Positions 36,954 through 48,976 are shown, numbered from the stretch's first letter. The stretch: 64,000 nucleotides of DNA from Octopus vulgaris (GCA_951406725.2 OX597835.1:14198001-14262000), one strand, 5' to 3'. The notes: generated by a model from the letters alone, not told the origin. Numbers and translations are program-made.

Positions 36954-38282
36954 ATGTCCTTGGAAGGCAGTGAATGCAAACTGGAAGGAAAATTCGAAAT
37001 GGATTTCCCCATTACCTATTCACCCATCTCAGGTGATGAAGAATCTCAAACCTCGGGTGAGAGAAGCACGCCGGCGGTGACACCGGAAAAAGAATCGGCG
37101 GTAACGCCAGAACAAAAGGCCCCAACAAAGAAGTTTGCGGAAGTTGTTGGACGCAAACAGAAAGATATAGATATAGAAAACCTAGAGAAATATGAAGACC
37201 TTCTAAAGAAAGAAGGAAATGAAATTGCAGTGAAAAAAGATATGGAAAAAAAGGAAGAGATAGAAAAGAAAAGAATTATATACAAGACATATAGCACGAC
37301 TACAAAAAGCATACAAAAAGTGGAAGAATGCAAAATAGAGGAGTGCCTGAAGACAATCCGAAAAGATATCACTTACATAAATAGAGGAAGACGGTTCGGA
37401 ACAGTAGAAGTGAGGTTCAGAACCGAAGAAATAGCTAAGAAGCTATCCACAGAACCTCAGAAAGCGGGAAATCTAGTCCTTCTACCCTTGTACAAAGGAA
37501 GAAGGACTTCAAAGATAGTAATGAGAAATATTCCCCCAGAGGCAGACGCCTCATGCCTGGTGGCGGCAGTGATGCTGGGCCTGAAAGAAAAAATCAACAT
37601 CCTCCAAGCTACAGTGGAGGAGGAGGGATTTTGGCAGGGCCAGATCATAACAATGGCTATACAAGCAGAGGCCCAGACTCTGGAAGAAATACCAGAGGTG
37701 CTGAGGCTAGATGAGGAGGAGCGAGTTCTAGTATTTGTAGAAGGAAGAAAACCGAGGTGCTTCGGCTGCGGAAAGAAGGGGCACGTGAGAGCGGAGTGTC
37801 AACCGAAACCGCAGGCAGAAGAACCGTCGGAGAAAGAAGAAACGGAGGAAAAAAGGAAACCAAAGAGGTGGAAAAAGCTGCAGAAAAGGAAAAAGAAAAC
37901 GAAAAGAGGAGGGGTGGTCTAAAGTTACCAAAAAAAAACGGAAAACTGAAACCACCCCTCAAGAAGAAGAAAACCTAAAGAAAAGGAAAGAGGTTACTTC
38001 TTCATTTATGGCCATTAAGGCTACTAACAACAGACTTGTCAATGTGTTGGCAGCCATGGCCAAGGTGGAACGTGTAAGGAAGATGAAAGACTTCATCATA
38101 TATAAAATAGGCCGGAAGGACTACAGGAGGATAAAATCCGAGTTCTTCCACGACGTGGGCCCTCTGAGACTGGACATGTCTCCATATCTATACGAGGGCC
38201 TACGTCGGACTCCCCCACGAGCCAAAGAAAAAAAAATGAAGAAGAAGGCGAAACCGCCGAAAAAGCCAAACTACCGATATAA
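36954..38282 (+). CDS. ORF1p with homopolymer frameshifts at ~37850-37910 and ~38230 (possible sequencing errors)
   Basis: Pieces 36798-37922 and 38008-38364 match copy 2. Confidence 0.7.
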
Positions 38283-38290
38283 GGTAAGTG

Positions 38291-41200
38291 ATGAACTACA
38301 TTTGTGTTGGTTGTTTAAATGTGCGCGGCCTGGGATCAAGCGGGAAGCAAGGTCGCTTCCTTAATGATATCAGGTCGCGCAATTTGGATGTTATTGTTGC
38401 TACAGAAACCCGGTTAAAGGGGCCAAGAGATCTACTCCCACTGTTTGACGGCTACGAGAGTTTTTTCTCTCCTGGCAGTCCTGCAGGCGGGAGTGGGGTG
38501 TTGGTCCTACTAAAAAGAAACCGGGTTTTTGAGAAAAAGTTAATTTTTTCAGACCCAGAAGGTAGGCTGGTCGTCATGGATTTGACGTTCAGTAACGGTA
38601 AAGTTATCAGACTGGTTGCAATTTACGCACCCTGCAATGGGCAAAGTGATTATTATCGCGATCTAGAGAACTTTCTCGGTACTTCGCATTCAATAGTTGT
38701 GCTAGGAGACTTTAACACAATTTGCAAAGCGGATGTAGATTGTGTTGGCTCGAATGATAGAAAAGGTAACACATGCTTCCTGGAACTGCTAAGCCGCTTT
38801 GAGCTAGCAGATCCTTATAGGTTGGAATTTCCGAACGCTCCATTGTGGACATGGTCAAACAGCGACGGATCTTCCAGGTCATACATAGATAGAATTCTAA
38901 TTAGAAAGGTAGACAGTAAAATAGCTAAGCGTCCACAGTTTTACCAGATCAGCTACAGTGATCATAAAATGGTCACTTGTAAGCTTGACATAGATAAGGT
39001 TAGAAAGAGAGGATCCGGTTACTGGAAACTTAATACGTCCCTTTTGGCGATTAAGGAGTACAGAGACCGGATTAGGACCATAATTCAGAGGGCGCTGTCT
39101 GGTGCCATCATTAATAACAAATGGTGGTACGCCCTCAAACGAGCCATCAAGTTTGAGTCTATTAGATATAGCATAGGAGTAGTGTCTAGAGAGGCTAGAA
39201 GGGAAACTACTCTAGTTAAGGAATTAGAGGAAGCCATGAAAACTGGCTCTGCGGCTCAGGTGGCGTCCAAGAGACTGGTGTTAAACCAGCACCTCGAGGC
39301 CAAACACATGGGTTGCATTGTCAGGGCTAGAATCCGTCATATGGGATGTGAAGGAATCAACGCCGTGAGATGGGCCCGAGTGGTGGAAGCCCGGAATGGC
39401 AACGATGCCACGATTCGATCTTTGAAGAACCAACAAGGTGAGTTGATGGACGAACCCGAGGAGATGTGTGAGGCCTTTCAGGAGCGCTTCGCTCAGCTTT
39501 TCGGTGAGTGCGGCGGGCTGGATAGGAGGAGGGCCTTTACGGACCTACTCGACGGGCTGCCGCGCTTATCGGGGCGAGATGCGGAGGGCTGTGAAGGGCC
39601 AATCACGCCTGAGGAGGTGGTGGAGGCAATGGCGGACTGCGGCGCGGGCAAGGCGCCGGGTTTGGATGGTCTACCCTACGAGTTATATAAGAATATGCCA
39701 GACTTGTTCGGGCACCTACTGGCGGAAGTCTATGCGAACTGGCAGCAGAACGGGTTGATACCCAGATCTGTGCGCCGGGGAGTAGTGACTCTCGTCAGAA
39801 AGGACCCGAGCAAGGGGGAGTGCATTGATAATTTCAGGCCCATCACTCTGCTAAACACAGAGTTGAAGATTTTGGCCAAAGTGTTATCGAAAAGATTGGC
39901 GCGTGTCGCGGATGGTCTGATCGGGGAGGCACAGACATGTGCCGTTCCGGGCAGAACCATTCAGGATAATCTCCATCTAATGCGGTACACTATAGAGGGG
40001 TTTAATAGTGATTCTGGCAAGGGTGGGGCACTGGTCCATTTAGACCAATCCAAAGCTTTTGATAGGGTCGACCATCGTTACCTGGTGTCTGCTCTGGCAC
40101 AGTTCGGGCTGGGCCTTGGCTTCCTCAGGTGGATTATCCAAATTTACGACAACATCGACTCGGTAGTTCGGGTGAACGGCTTCTTGTCGAAGCCGTTCAA
40201 AATCAAACGCTCGGTTCGTCAAGGGTGTCCGCTCTCCCCGCTTTTGTACGTGATGGCTCTTGAGCCATTACTGCGAAAACTGAGCGGCATCCCGAGACAG
40301 CCAGGTAATGGAAAATCAGTGTCAGCGTACGCGGACGACATCACCATCATCGTGACCGAAATGGACCACCTATGTAAAGTAGGCAAGGCCATAGAGGATT
40401 ACGAGACGGTGACAGGAGCAAAAGTTAATCGCGAAAAGTCAGTCGGCTTGCAACTCGGCACCTGGAGAGGCAAGTCGATGCCTCCTGACAGCGTCGTGGG
40501 ACGTTGGACGGAGGGTCCGATTAAACTGCTAGGGGTCTGGTTCGGTCCAGACCTCCAAATAGAGAAGAATTGGGGCGAGGTAACGAGCAAGGTGGCTGCA
40601 GTAGCCAAGACCTGGTCTAGGCGGTGGCTATCCTTGAAAGGGAGGGCGGAGGTGGCCAATGTGTTTATCGCATCGGTTATCATCTACCGCCTTTCCGTCG
40701 TTCCATGCCCTGATTCGTGGTTGACCAAGTTGGAAAGACAGCTCTTCTACTTCCTGTGGAAGGGCAGGAAACCACTTGTGAAACGCTCTACTTGCTGTCA
40801 ACAACCGTTAAAGGGTGGGCTAGGGATGCCTTGGCTGATGATGCGCAGACATGCGCTGAGGTTAAGACATCTGTGGCTCTACCTGGATGGTGAACGGGTG
40901 TGGTCTCCGTTAGCAAAACTGATGTTTCCCAAGTTCACTAGTTTCGGTGGATGGGAAACCTGGTTGAATCGTAGATCGAAACTCGGTACATGGTATACGG
41001 AGTGTCGAAAGGCCCTCCTGCTATTCCGTCGCTCGGGCAACGCCTGCGGTGGGGGTTCCACCACATTCTTCTATAGAGGGTTGGTAGAGGCGGAATGTGA
41101 AGACACCTTGGGGGAAACCCTGGGTCTCGACGATAATCAGCTGGCTAGTCTGTTCCGACGTACGTTCGGGCCGAAGACTCTGGACAACTTCCAGAAGTCT

Positions 41201-41680
41201 CTGGCATGGCAATGCTACAGAGGAGCTCTACCTGTTCGGGATAAACTCGCAAGGCACGGTGGCCAAGACAGTCCGATGTGTCCAAGATGCGGGCGGGATA
41301 GGGAAACCGTCCCGCACGCTATTGTTCATTGTTCGGACGTGTCTGAGGTGTGGGTTTATGCCGAACAGCTGTTGTCAAGCACACGAAGAGTACAGCTGTC
41401 GACTGAGTGTATTAAAAAAATTGACCCACCAGATTTCCTCGCGAAAGAAGGTAAGACTTGTTTTCTCGTTGTGGTAGCAATTGCGAAGGAGGTGATATGG
41501 AAGACGAGAATGAAAGGTATACGGTCAGGCAAGTTCATATCCGGCCCTGGGTTGATGAACTACTTCATCTACCACCTGAAAAGGAAGATAGGGCTGGAGA
41601 GAAAATGCCTGACTAAAAGAGTGTATGAAGAACGATGGAAGGATGTAGCACGGAAGTTGAGAATGGATGACACCATATAA
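38291..41680 (+). CDS. ORF2p APE-RT, intact
   Basis: Translation appears identical to copy 1. Confidence 0.96.
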   Translation: MNYICVGCLNVRGLGSSGKQGRFLNDIRSRNLDVIVATETRLKGPRDLLPLFDGYESFFSPGSPAGGSGVLVLLKRNRVFEKKLIFSDPEGRLVVMDLTFSNGKVIRLVAIYAPCNGQSDYYRDLENFLGTSHSIVVLGDFNTICKADVDCVGSNDRKGNTCFLELLSRFELADPYRLEFPNAPLWTWSNSDGSSRSYIDRILIRKVDSKIAKRPQFYQISYSDHKMVTCKLDIDKVRKRGSGYWKLNTSLLAIKEYRDRIRTIIQRALSGAIINNKWWYALKRAIKFESIRYSIGVVSREARRETTLVKELEEAMKTGSAAQVASKRLVLNQHLEAKHMGCIVRARIRHMGCEGINAVRWARVVEARNGNDATIRSLKNQQGELMDEPEEMCEAFQERFAQLFGECGGLDRRRAFTDLLDGLPRLSGRDAEGCEGPITPEEVVEAMADCGAGKAPGLDGLPYELYKNMPDLFGHLLAEVYANWQQNGLIPRSVRRGVVTLVRKDPSKGECIDNFRPITLLNTELKILAKVLSKRLARVADGLIGEAQTCAVPGRTIQDNLHLMRYTIEGFNSDSGKGGALVHLDQSKAFDRVDHRYLVSALAQFGLGLGFLRWIIQIYDNIDSVVRVNGFLSKPFKIKRSVRQGCPLSPLLYVMALEPLLRKLSGIPRQPGNGKSVSAYADDITIIVTEMDHLCKVGKAIEDYETVTGAKVNREKSVGLQLGTWRGKSMPPDSVVGRWTEGPIKLLGVWFGPDLQIEKNWGEVTSKVAAVAKTWSRRWLSLKGRAEVANVFIASVIIYRLSVVPCPDSWLTKLERQLFYFLWKGRKPLVKRSTCCQQPLKGGLGMPWLMMRRHALRLRHLWLYLDGERVWSPLAKLMFPKFTSFGGWETWLNRRSKLGTWYTECRKALLLFRRSGNACGGGSTTFFYRGLVEAECEDTLGETLGLDDNQLASLFRRTFGPKTLDNFQKSLAWQCYRGALPVRDKLARHGGQDSPMCPRCGRDRETVPHAIVHCSDVSEVWVYAEQLLSSTRRVQLSTECIKKIDPPDFLAKEGKTCFLVVVAIAKEVIWKTRMKGIRSGKFISGPGLMNYFIYHLKRKIGLERKCLTKRVYEERWKDVARKLRMDDTI

Positions 41681-42218
41681 ATGTAGATCAAAACGAAACC
41701 AAAAGTATCAGTGGTGAGGCGGGGCTCGTGGGGTCCGAGCTGAACCCGCCCCCACTCCACCTGTAGTGTCTTCCGGTCTGTTTTTTTTCTCATTCGATTT
41801 TTATAATTTTTGCAATTTTTGTAAATTTTTGAAATTTTTAAACTCATACTTTTGTAACCTCATACGTGAATCTGACCCCACATCAGGTTGTATTGTCCCC
41901 TCTTTGTTGGCCCCTTGTGGGTAATAATAAAAGAATCTCACCATATAGTGCCTTCGTGAACATCGATACTCAAAAACGAAACGTGAGTTTTTTTGTCTGA
42001 AATAGTGTTGTTGAATTGAAAGTTAGTAGTTTATTGTTGCTGTGTTAATATTGTTATTTTGTGTCTTTTCAATAAGACGGTTAGTGGCCTTCGCGCGAAG
42101 GTTGTGTACGTAGTTCCCCCCCGTGGGGGAATTATTGTGTGCCTTCGTGTACGAAACACATTCAAAAACAAAAAAAAAAAAAAAAAAAATATTTTCTACT
42201 AACGGCTGCAAAGCCAGA

Positions 42219-43547
42219 ATGTCTTTGGAAGGCAGTGAATGCAAACTGGAAGGAAAATTCGAAATGGATTTCCCCATTACCTATTCACCCATCTCAGGTG
42301 ATGAAGAATCTCAAACCTCGGGTGAGAGAAGCACGCCGGCGGTGACACCGGAAAAAGAATCGGCGGTAACGCCAGAACAAAAGGCCCCAACAAAGAAGTT
42401 TGCGGAAGTTGTTGGACGCAAACAGAAAAATATAGATATAGAAAACCTAGAGAAATATGAAGACCTTCTAAAGAAAGAAGGAAATGAAATTGCAGTGAAA
42501 AAAGATATGGAAAAAAAGGAAGAGATAGAAAAGAAAAGAATTATATACAAGACATACAGCATGACTACAAAAAGCATACAAAAAGTGGAAGAATGCAAAA
42601 TAGAGGAGTGCCTGAAGACAATCAGAAAAGATATCACTTACATAAATAGAGGAAGACGGTTCGGAACAGTAGAAGTGAGGTTCAGAACCGAAGAAATAGC
42701 TAAGAAGCTATCCACAGAACCTCAGAAAGCGGGAAATCTAGTCCTTCTACCCTTGTACAAAGGAAGAAGGACTTCAAAGATAGTAATGAGAAATATTCCC
42801 CCAGAGGCAGACGCCTCATGCCTGGTGGCGGCAGTGATGCTGGGCCTGAAAGAAAAAATCAACATCCTCCAAGCTACAGTGGAGGAGGAGGGATTTTGGC
42901 AGGGCCAGATCATAACAATGGCTATACAAGCAGAGGCCCAGACTCTGGAAGAAATACCAGAGGTGCTGAGGCTAGATGAGGAGGAGCGAGTTCTAGTATT
43001 TGTAGAAGGAAGAAAACCGAGGTGCTTCGGCTGCGGAAAGAAGGGGCACGTGAGAGCGGAGTGTCAACCGAAACCGCAGGCAGAAGAACCGTCGGAGAAA
43101 GAAGAAACGGAGGAAAAAAAGGAAACCAAAGAGGTGGAAAAAGCTGCAGAAAAGGAAAAAGAAAACGAAAAAGAGGAGGGGTGGTCTAAAGTTACCAAAA
43201 AAAAACGGAAAACTGAAACCACCCCTCAAGAAGAAGAAAACCTAAAGAAAAGGAAAGAGGTTACTTCTTCATTTATGGCCATTAAGGCTACTAACAACAG
43301 ACTTGTCAATGTGTTGGCAGCCATGGCCAAGGTGGAACGTGTAAGGAAGATGAAAGACTTCATCATATATAAAATAGGCCGGAAGGACTACAGGAGGATA
43401 AAATCCGAGTTCTTCCACGACGTGGGCCCTCTGAGACTGGACATGTCTCCATATCTATACGAGGGCCTACGTCGGACTCCCCCACGAGCCAAAGAAAAAA
43501 ATGAAGAAGAAGGCGAAACCGCCGAAAAAGCCAAACTACCGATATAA
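42219..43547 (+). CDS. ORF1p, intact
   Basis: Continuous ORF with CCHC knuckle. Confidence 0.88.
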   Translation: MSLEGSECKLEGKFEMDFPITYSPISGDEESQTSGERSTPAVTPEKESAVTPEQKAPTKKFAEVVGRKQKNIDIENLEKYEDLLKKEGNEIAVKKDMEKKEEIEKKRIIYKTYSMTTKSIQKVEECKIEECLKTIRKDITYINRGRRFGTVEVRFRTEEIAKKLSTEPQKAGNLVLLPLYKGRRTSKIVMRNIPPEADASCLVAAVMLGLKEKINILQATVEEEGFWQGQIITMAIQAEAQTLEEIPEVLRLDEEERVLVFVEGRKPRCFGCGKKGHVRAECQPKPQAEEPSEKEETEEKKETKEVEKAAEKEKENEKEEGWSKVTKKKRKTETTPQEEENLKKRKEVTSSFMAIKATNNRLVNVLAAMAKVERVRKMKDFIIYKIGRKDYRRIKSEFFHDVGPLRLDMSPYLYEGLRRTPPRAKEKNEEEGETAEKAKLPI

Positions 43548-43555
43548 GGTAAGTG

Positions 43556-46500
43556 ATGAACTACATTTGTGTTGGTTGTTTAAATGTGCGCGGCCTGGGA
43601 TCAAGCGGGAAGCAAGGTCGCTTCCTTAATGATATCAGGTCGCGCAATTTGGATGTTATTGTTGCTACAGAAACCCGGTTAAAGGGGCCAAGAGATCTAC
43701 TCCCACTGTTTGACGGCTACGAGAGTTTTTTCTCTCCTGGCAGTCCTGCAGGCGGGAGTGGGGTGTTGGTCCTACTAAAAAGAAACCGGGTTTTTGAGAA
43801 AAAGTTAATTTTTTCAGACCCAGAAGGTAGGCTGGTCGTCATGGATTTGACGTTCAGTAACGGTAAAGTTATCAGACTGGTTGCAATTTACGCACCCTGC
43901 AGTAATAATGGGCAAAGTGATTATTATCGTGATCTAGAGAACTTTCTCGGTACTTCGCATTCAATAGTTGTGCTAGGAGACTTTAACACAATTTGCAAAG
44001 CGGATGTAGATTGTGTTGGCTCGAATGATAGAAAAGGTAACACATGCTTCCTGGAACTGCTAAGCCGCTTTGAGCTAGCAGATCCTTATAGGTTGGAATT
44101 TCCGAACGCTCCATTGTGGACATGGTCAAACAGCGACGGATCTTCCAGGTCATACATAGATAGAATTCTAATTAGAAAGGTAGACAGTAAAATAGCTAAG
44201 CGTCCACAGTTTTACCCGATCAGCTACAGTGATCATAAAATGGTCACTTGTAAGCTTGACATAGATAAGGTTAGAAAGAGAGGATCCGGTTACTGGAAAC
44301 TTAATACGTCCCTTTTGGCGATTAAGGAGTACAGAGACCGGATTAGGACCATAATTCAGAGGGCGCTGTCTGGTGCCATCATTAATAACAAATGGTGGTA
44401 CGCCCTCAAACGAGCCATCAAGTTTGAGTCTATTAGATATAGCATAGGAGTAGTGTCTAGAGAGGCTAGAAGGGAAACTACTCTAGTTAAGGAATTAGAG
44501 GAAGCCATGAAAACTGGCTCTGCGGCTCAGGTGGCGTCCAAGAGACTGGTGTTAAACCAGCACCTCGAGGCCAAACACATGGGTTGCATTGTCAGGGCTA
44601 GAATCCGTCATATGGGATGTGAAGGAATCAACGCCGTGAGATGGGCCCGAGTGGTGGAAGCCCGGAATGGCAACGATGCCACGATTCGATCTTTGAAGAA
44701 CCAACAAGGTGAGTTGATAGACGAACCCGAGGAGATGTGTGAGGCCTTTCAGGAGCACTTCGCTCAGCTTTTCGGTGAGTGCGGCGGGCTGGATAGGAGG
44801 AGGGCCTTTACGGACCTACTCGACGGGCTGCCGCGCTTATCGGGGCGAGATGCGGAGGGCTGTGAAGGGCCAATCACGCCTGAGGAGGTGGTGGAGGCAA
44901 TGGCGGACTGCGGCGCGGGCAAGGCGCCGGGTTTGGATGGTCTACCCTACGAGTTATATAAGAATATGCCAGACTTGTTCGGGCACCTACTGGCGGAAGT
45001 CTATGCGAACTGGCAGCAGAACGGGTTGATACCCAGATCTGTGCGCCGGGGAGTGGTGACTCTCGTCAGAAAGGACCCGAGCAAGGGGGAGTGCATTGAT
45101 AATTTCAGGCCCATCACTCTGCTAAACACAGAGTTGAAGATTTTGGCCAAAGTGTTATCGAAAAGATTGGCGCGTGTCGCGGATGGTCTGATCGGGGAGG
45201 CACAGACATGTGCCGTTCCGGGCAGAACCATTCAGGATAATCTCCATCTAATGCGGTACACTATAGAGGGGTTTAATAGTGATTCTGGCAAGGGTGGGGC
45301 ACTGGTCCATTTAGACCAATCCAAAGCTTTTGATAGGGTCGACCATCGTTACCTGGTGTCTGCTCTGGCACAGTTCGGGCTGGGCCTTGGCTTCCTCAGG
45401 TGGATTATCCAAATTTACGACAACATCGACTCGGTAGTTCGGGTGAACGGCTTCTTGTCGAAGCCGTTCAAAATCAAACGCTCGGTTCGTCAAGGGTGTC
45501 CGCTCTCCCCGCTTTTGTACGTGATGGCTCTTGAGCCATTACTGCGAAAACTGAGCGGCATCCCGAGACAGCCAGGTAATGGAAAATCAGTGTCAGCGTA
45601 CGCGGACGACATCACCATCATCGTGACCGAAATGGACCACCTATGTAAAGTAGGCAAGGCCATAGAGGATTACGAGACGGTGACAGGAGCAAAAGTTAAT
45701 CGCGAAAAGTCAGTCGGCTTGCAACTCGGCACCTGGAGAGGCAAGTCGATGCCTCCTGACAGCGTCGTGGGACGTTGGACGGAGGGTCCGATTAAACTGC
45801 TAGGGGTCTGGTTCGGTCCAGACCTCCAAATAGAGAAGAATTGGGGCGAGGTAACGAGCAAGGTGGCTGCAGTAGCCAAGACCTGGTCTAGGCGGTGGCT
45901 ATCCTTGAAAGGGAGGGCGGAGGTGGCCAATGTGTTTATCGCATCGGTTATCATCTACCGCCTTTCCGTCGTTCCATGCCCTGATTCGTGGTTGACCAAG
46001 TTGGAAAGACAGCTCTTCTACTTCCTGTGGAAGGGCAGGAAACCACTTGTGAAACGCTCTACTTGCTGTCAACAACCGTTAAAGGGTGGGCTAGGGATGC
46101 CTTGGCTGATGATGCGCAGACATGCGCTGAGGTTAAGACATCTGTGGCTCTACCTGGATGGTGAACGGGTGTGGTCTCCGTTAGCAAAACTGATGTTTCC
46201 CAAGTTCACTAGTTTCGGTGGATGGGAAACCTGGTTGAATCGTAGATCGAAACTCGGTACATGGTATACGGAGTGTCGAAAGGCCCTCCTGCTATTCCGT
46301 CGCTCGGGCAACGCCTGCGGTGGGGGTTCCACCACATTCTTCTATAGAGGGTTGGTAGAGGCGGAATGTGAAGACACCTTGGGGGAAACCCTGGGTCTCG
46401 ACGATAATCAGCTGGCTAGTCTGTTCCGACGTACGTTCGGGCCGAAGACTCTGGACAACTTCCAGAAGTCTCTGGCATGGCAATGCTACAGAGGAGCTCT

Positions 46501-46951
46501 ACCTGTTCGGGATAAACTCGCAAGGCACGGTGGCCAAGACAGTCCGATGTGTCCAAGATGCGGGCGGGATAGGGAAACCGTCCCGCACGCTATTGTTCAT
46601 TGTTCGGACGTGTCTGAGGTGTGGGTTTATGCCGAACAGCTGTTGTCAAGCACACGAAGAGTACAGCTGTCGACTGAGTGTATTAAAAAAATTGACCCAC
46701 CAGATTTCCTCGCGAAAGAAGGTAAGACTTGTTTTCTCGTTGTGGTAGCAATTGCGAAGGAGGTGATATGGAAGACGAGAATGAAAGGTATACGGTCAGG
46801 CAAGTTCATATCCGGCCCTGGGTTGATGAACTACTTCATCTACCACCTGAAAAGGAAGATAGGGCTGGAGAGAAAATGCCTGACTAAAAGAGTGTATGAA
46901 GAACGATGGAAGGATGTAGCACGGAAGTTGAGAATGGATGACACCACATAA
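43556..46951 (+). CDS. ORF2p APE-RT, intact (2 aa longer)
   Basis: Same motifs as copy 1; APCSNNGQ vs APCNGQ. Confidence 0.96.
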   Translation: MNYICVGCLNVRGLGSSGKQGRFLNDIRSRNLDVIVATETRLKGPRDLLPLFDGYESFFSPGSPAGGSGVLVLLKRNRVFEKKLIFSDPEGRLVVMDLTFSNGKVIRLVAIYAPCSNNGQSDYYRDLENFLGTSHSIVVLGDFNTICKADVDCVGSNDRKGNTCFLELLSRFELADPYRLEFPNAPLWTWSNSDGSSRSYIDRILIRKVDSKIAKRPQFYPISYSDHKMVTCKLDIDKVRKRGSGYWKLNTSLLAIKEYRDRIRTIIQRALSGAIINNKWWYALKRAIKFESIRYSIGVVSREARRETTLVKELEEAMKTGSAAQVASKRLVLNQHLEAKHMGCIVRARIRHMGCEGINAVRWARVVEARNGNDATIRSLKNQQGELIDEPEEMCEAFQEHFAQLFGECGGLDRRRAFTDLLDGLPRLSGRDAEGCEGPITPEEVVEAMADCGAGKAPGLDGLPYELYKNMPDLFGHLLAEVYANWQQNGLIPRSVRRGVVTLVRKDPSKGECIDNFRPITLLNTELKILAKVLSKRLARVADGLIGEAQTCAVPGRTIQDNLHLMRYTIEGFNSDSGKGGALVHLDQSKAFDRVDHRYLVSALAQFGLGLGFLRWIIQIYDNIDSVVRVNGFLSKPFKIKRSVRQGCPLSPLLYVMALEPLLRKLSGIPRQPGNGKSVSAYADDITIIVTEMDHLCKVGKAIEDYETVTGAKVNREKSVGLQLGTWRGKSMPPDSVVGRWTEGPIKLLGVWFGPDLQIEKNWGEVTSKVAAVAKTWSRRWLSLKGRAEVANVFIASVIIYRLSVVPCPDSWLTKLERQLFYFLWKGRKPLVKRSTCCQQPLKGGLGMPWLMMRRHALRLRHLWLYLDGERVWSPLAKLMFPKFTSFGGWETWLNRRSKLGTWYTECRKALLLFRRSGNACGGGSTTFFYRGLVEAECEDTLGETLGLDDNQLASLFRRTFGPKTLDNFQKSLAWQCYRGALPVRDKLARHGGQDSPMCPRCGRDRETVPHAIVHCSDVSEVWVYAEQLLSSTRRVQLSTECIKKIDPPDFLAKEGKTCFLVVVAIAKEVIWKTRMKGIRSGKFISGPGLMNYFIYHLKRKIGLERKCLTKRVYEERWKDVARKLRMDDTT

Positions 46952-47241
46952 ATGTAGATCAAAACGAAACCAAAAGTATCAGTGGTGAGGCGGGGCTCGT
47001 GGGGTCCGAGCTGAACCCGCCCCCACTCCACCTGTAGTGTCTTCCGGTCTGTTTTTTCTCATTCGATTTTTATAATTTTTGCAATTTTTGTAAATTTTTG
47101 AAATTTTTAAACTCATACTTTTGTAACCTCATACGTGAATCTGACCCCACATCAGGTTGTATTGTCCCCTCTTTGTTGGCCCCTTGTGGGTAATAATAAA
47201 AGAATGGTCACCATATAGTGCCTTACTGCTTTCTGCTTTCT

Positions 47242-48976
47242 GCTCAGTCGTTTTTTTTTCGGCTCCTGAAAATTCGGTAAAAAAGAACAAAAAAGGTTGT
47301 TGTTGTTGTGGAAATTCTGAACGGCGTTGACGCGGTTTCGCGTTTCGCTCGTTCAGCGCGTTACACTTTTTCTGTTTTGGCGGCCGTTTTCGGTCTGTCA
47401 GACAGAAGGAAATGGACTATGAGTCTCTAACAGACTTGTCCACGACGGATGAGGAACTGGAACAGGCAATTGCAGTGAAGCTGATGGAGGAAAAGGCTGG
47501 AGTTTTTGAGTCTTTATCAGACTTGTCTAGTCTGAGGAGGAGCTAGAAATAGCAGTGAGGAAAATGGATCAGAAGCTGGGTTATACCTATGCCGGTGTAA
47601 CCAAGAAGGCGGAAGAGAAAGGGGTCGACATGGCCAAGTTGCCAAGTTACCAGAAATACATGAAGGGGGAAGGCGGTGAGGTGGAGCTGTCACCGACACC
47701 CAGGAGAAAAGAATGGTATGATAAGAGGACCATTGTTTACAGGGTGTTCGCAAACGAAAGGAAGAGGGTAGAAGTTGTAACCATGGAATGGATAGAGGAA
47801 GCCCTGCGAAGAACTGAGGAGGAAATAAATTTTCTGACTCGAGGATCCAAGTACGGGACCGTAGTTGTGCACTTTAAAAGTGAATCTGCAGCGAGGAAGA
47901 TGGCAGCGAAGGCGGTGAAGTCGGAAAAGGTAACACTGTTACCTACGTATTTAAACAGGAGGATTACACGAATAAGGGTGGAGGGAGTGCCACCAAACGT
48001 GGAGGCAGAATGGATTGTGGCGGCTGTGATCAGCGGCCACGAGGACGAAGTGGATATTCTCCATGCCTCGGTTAAGTCCGAGGGCTGGAGAGGCGTAACA
48101 GTGGAGCTGAACGTACAGGCAGAGACCGAGGTACTGGTGGACCTGACGGAAAGCATCAGACTGGGAGAAGTGATCATGAGAGTGTGGGTGGAGGGCAGGG
48201 CTCCACGTTGTTACAAGTGTGGCCTGAGGGGTCACATAAGAGCCTTCTGCCCTCCCCCAGGGAAAGAAATGGATCCCGAACCAGAGAGAGAGAAGCAGAA
48301 ACCAGAGGAGAAGGAAACAGAGGAAGAGAATACACAGAAATGGAAGGAAGCTGGAAGTAAGAGGAAGAGAAGAATATGTGGAAAAAAAGAAAATAATATG
48401 GAACTCCAATCTACCCCAAAACCTCCCACACCCTCTGAGTCCCACCCTATCCATGCAGACATTGAACCCACCCGCTCCCCCCAACAAGAAAACAAAAGAA
48501 AAAAAGAATACACACACACAAGAGATTGAAATCGAACCCAGGCCGTACATTTGTACTATGACTGAACAGAGGGAAGTTAAAAGTCTAATGGAAGAGTATA
48601 AACGGTATGATGTTGGAGAGACTAGGTATGCTGTGATTGAAAAGAAGAACATAGGTGAGTTTATGGGGAGGTGTGAAAGGGAGAATTGGGAGGTGAAAGA
48701 TATAAGAATGAGCGATGAATTCGTGGAAAATATGAATGAGTATTTCGGAGTAAGAATGGATATGGAATTTATTCGTATTGGCAAAGAACATTCAAGTGAC
48801 TATGAAAAACAAAGGACAGGTAAGTGATGCTGACGGACGGGGCCGTTGGTATCGCTTTCATTTTATCATTTTTTTCGTTTAACAATTCATGTTCATAAAG
48901 TTTAATTATAATGTTCTATGTCCCCATGTCTTTTGTTGTCCCCCTCTGTGTCGCCCCTTAGTGGGTAATAAAAAAT
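47242..48976 (+). mobile_element. ORF1-only non-autonomous Tx1-related element, family B copy 1
   Basis: 5'UTR, ORF1 homologue, short 3'UTR ending GCCCCTTAGTGGGTAATAAAAAA; no ORF2. Confidence 0.88.
47412..48827 (+). pseudogene. Family B ORF1, frameshifted (near 47530 and 48480-48510)
   Basis: Pieces 47555-48529 and 48378-48827 match the intact 49149-50564 ORF. Confidence 0.8.

Larger units (their letters stand above)
36700..41937 (+). mobile_element. Family A copy 3
   Basis: Near-identical full-length unit bounded by the target 17-mer. Confidence 0.95.
41955..47207 (+). mobile_element. Family A copy 4 (distinct variant, both ORFs intact)
   Basis: Private 5-bp 5'UTR insertion, 6-bp in-frame insertion in APE, several substitutions; 3' junction GAATGG instead of GAATC. 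Confidence 0.95.

Noticed and set aside
26291-47224. LTR retrotransposon or CRISPR-like interpretation of the repeated 17-mer
   Set aside because: APE-RT architecture without integrase or protease; the repeats are target-site sequence, not LTRs
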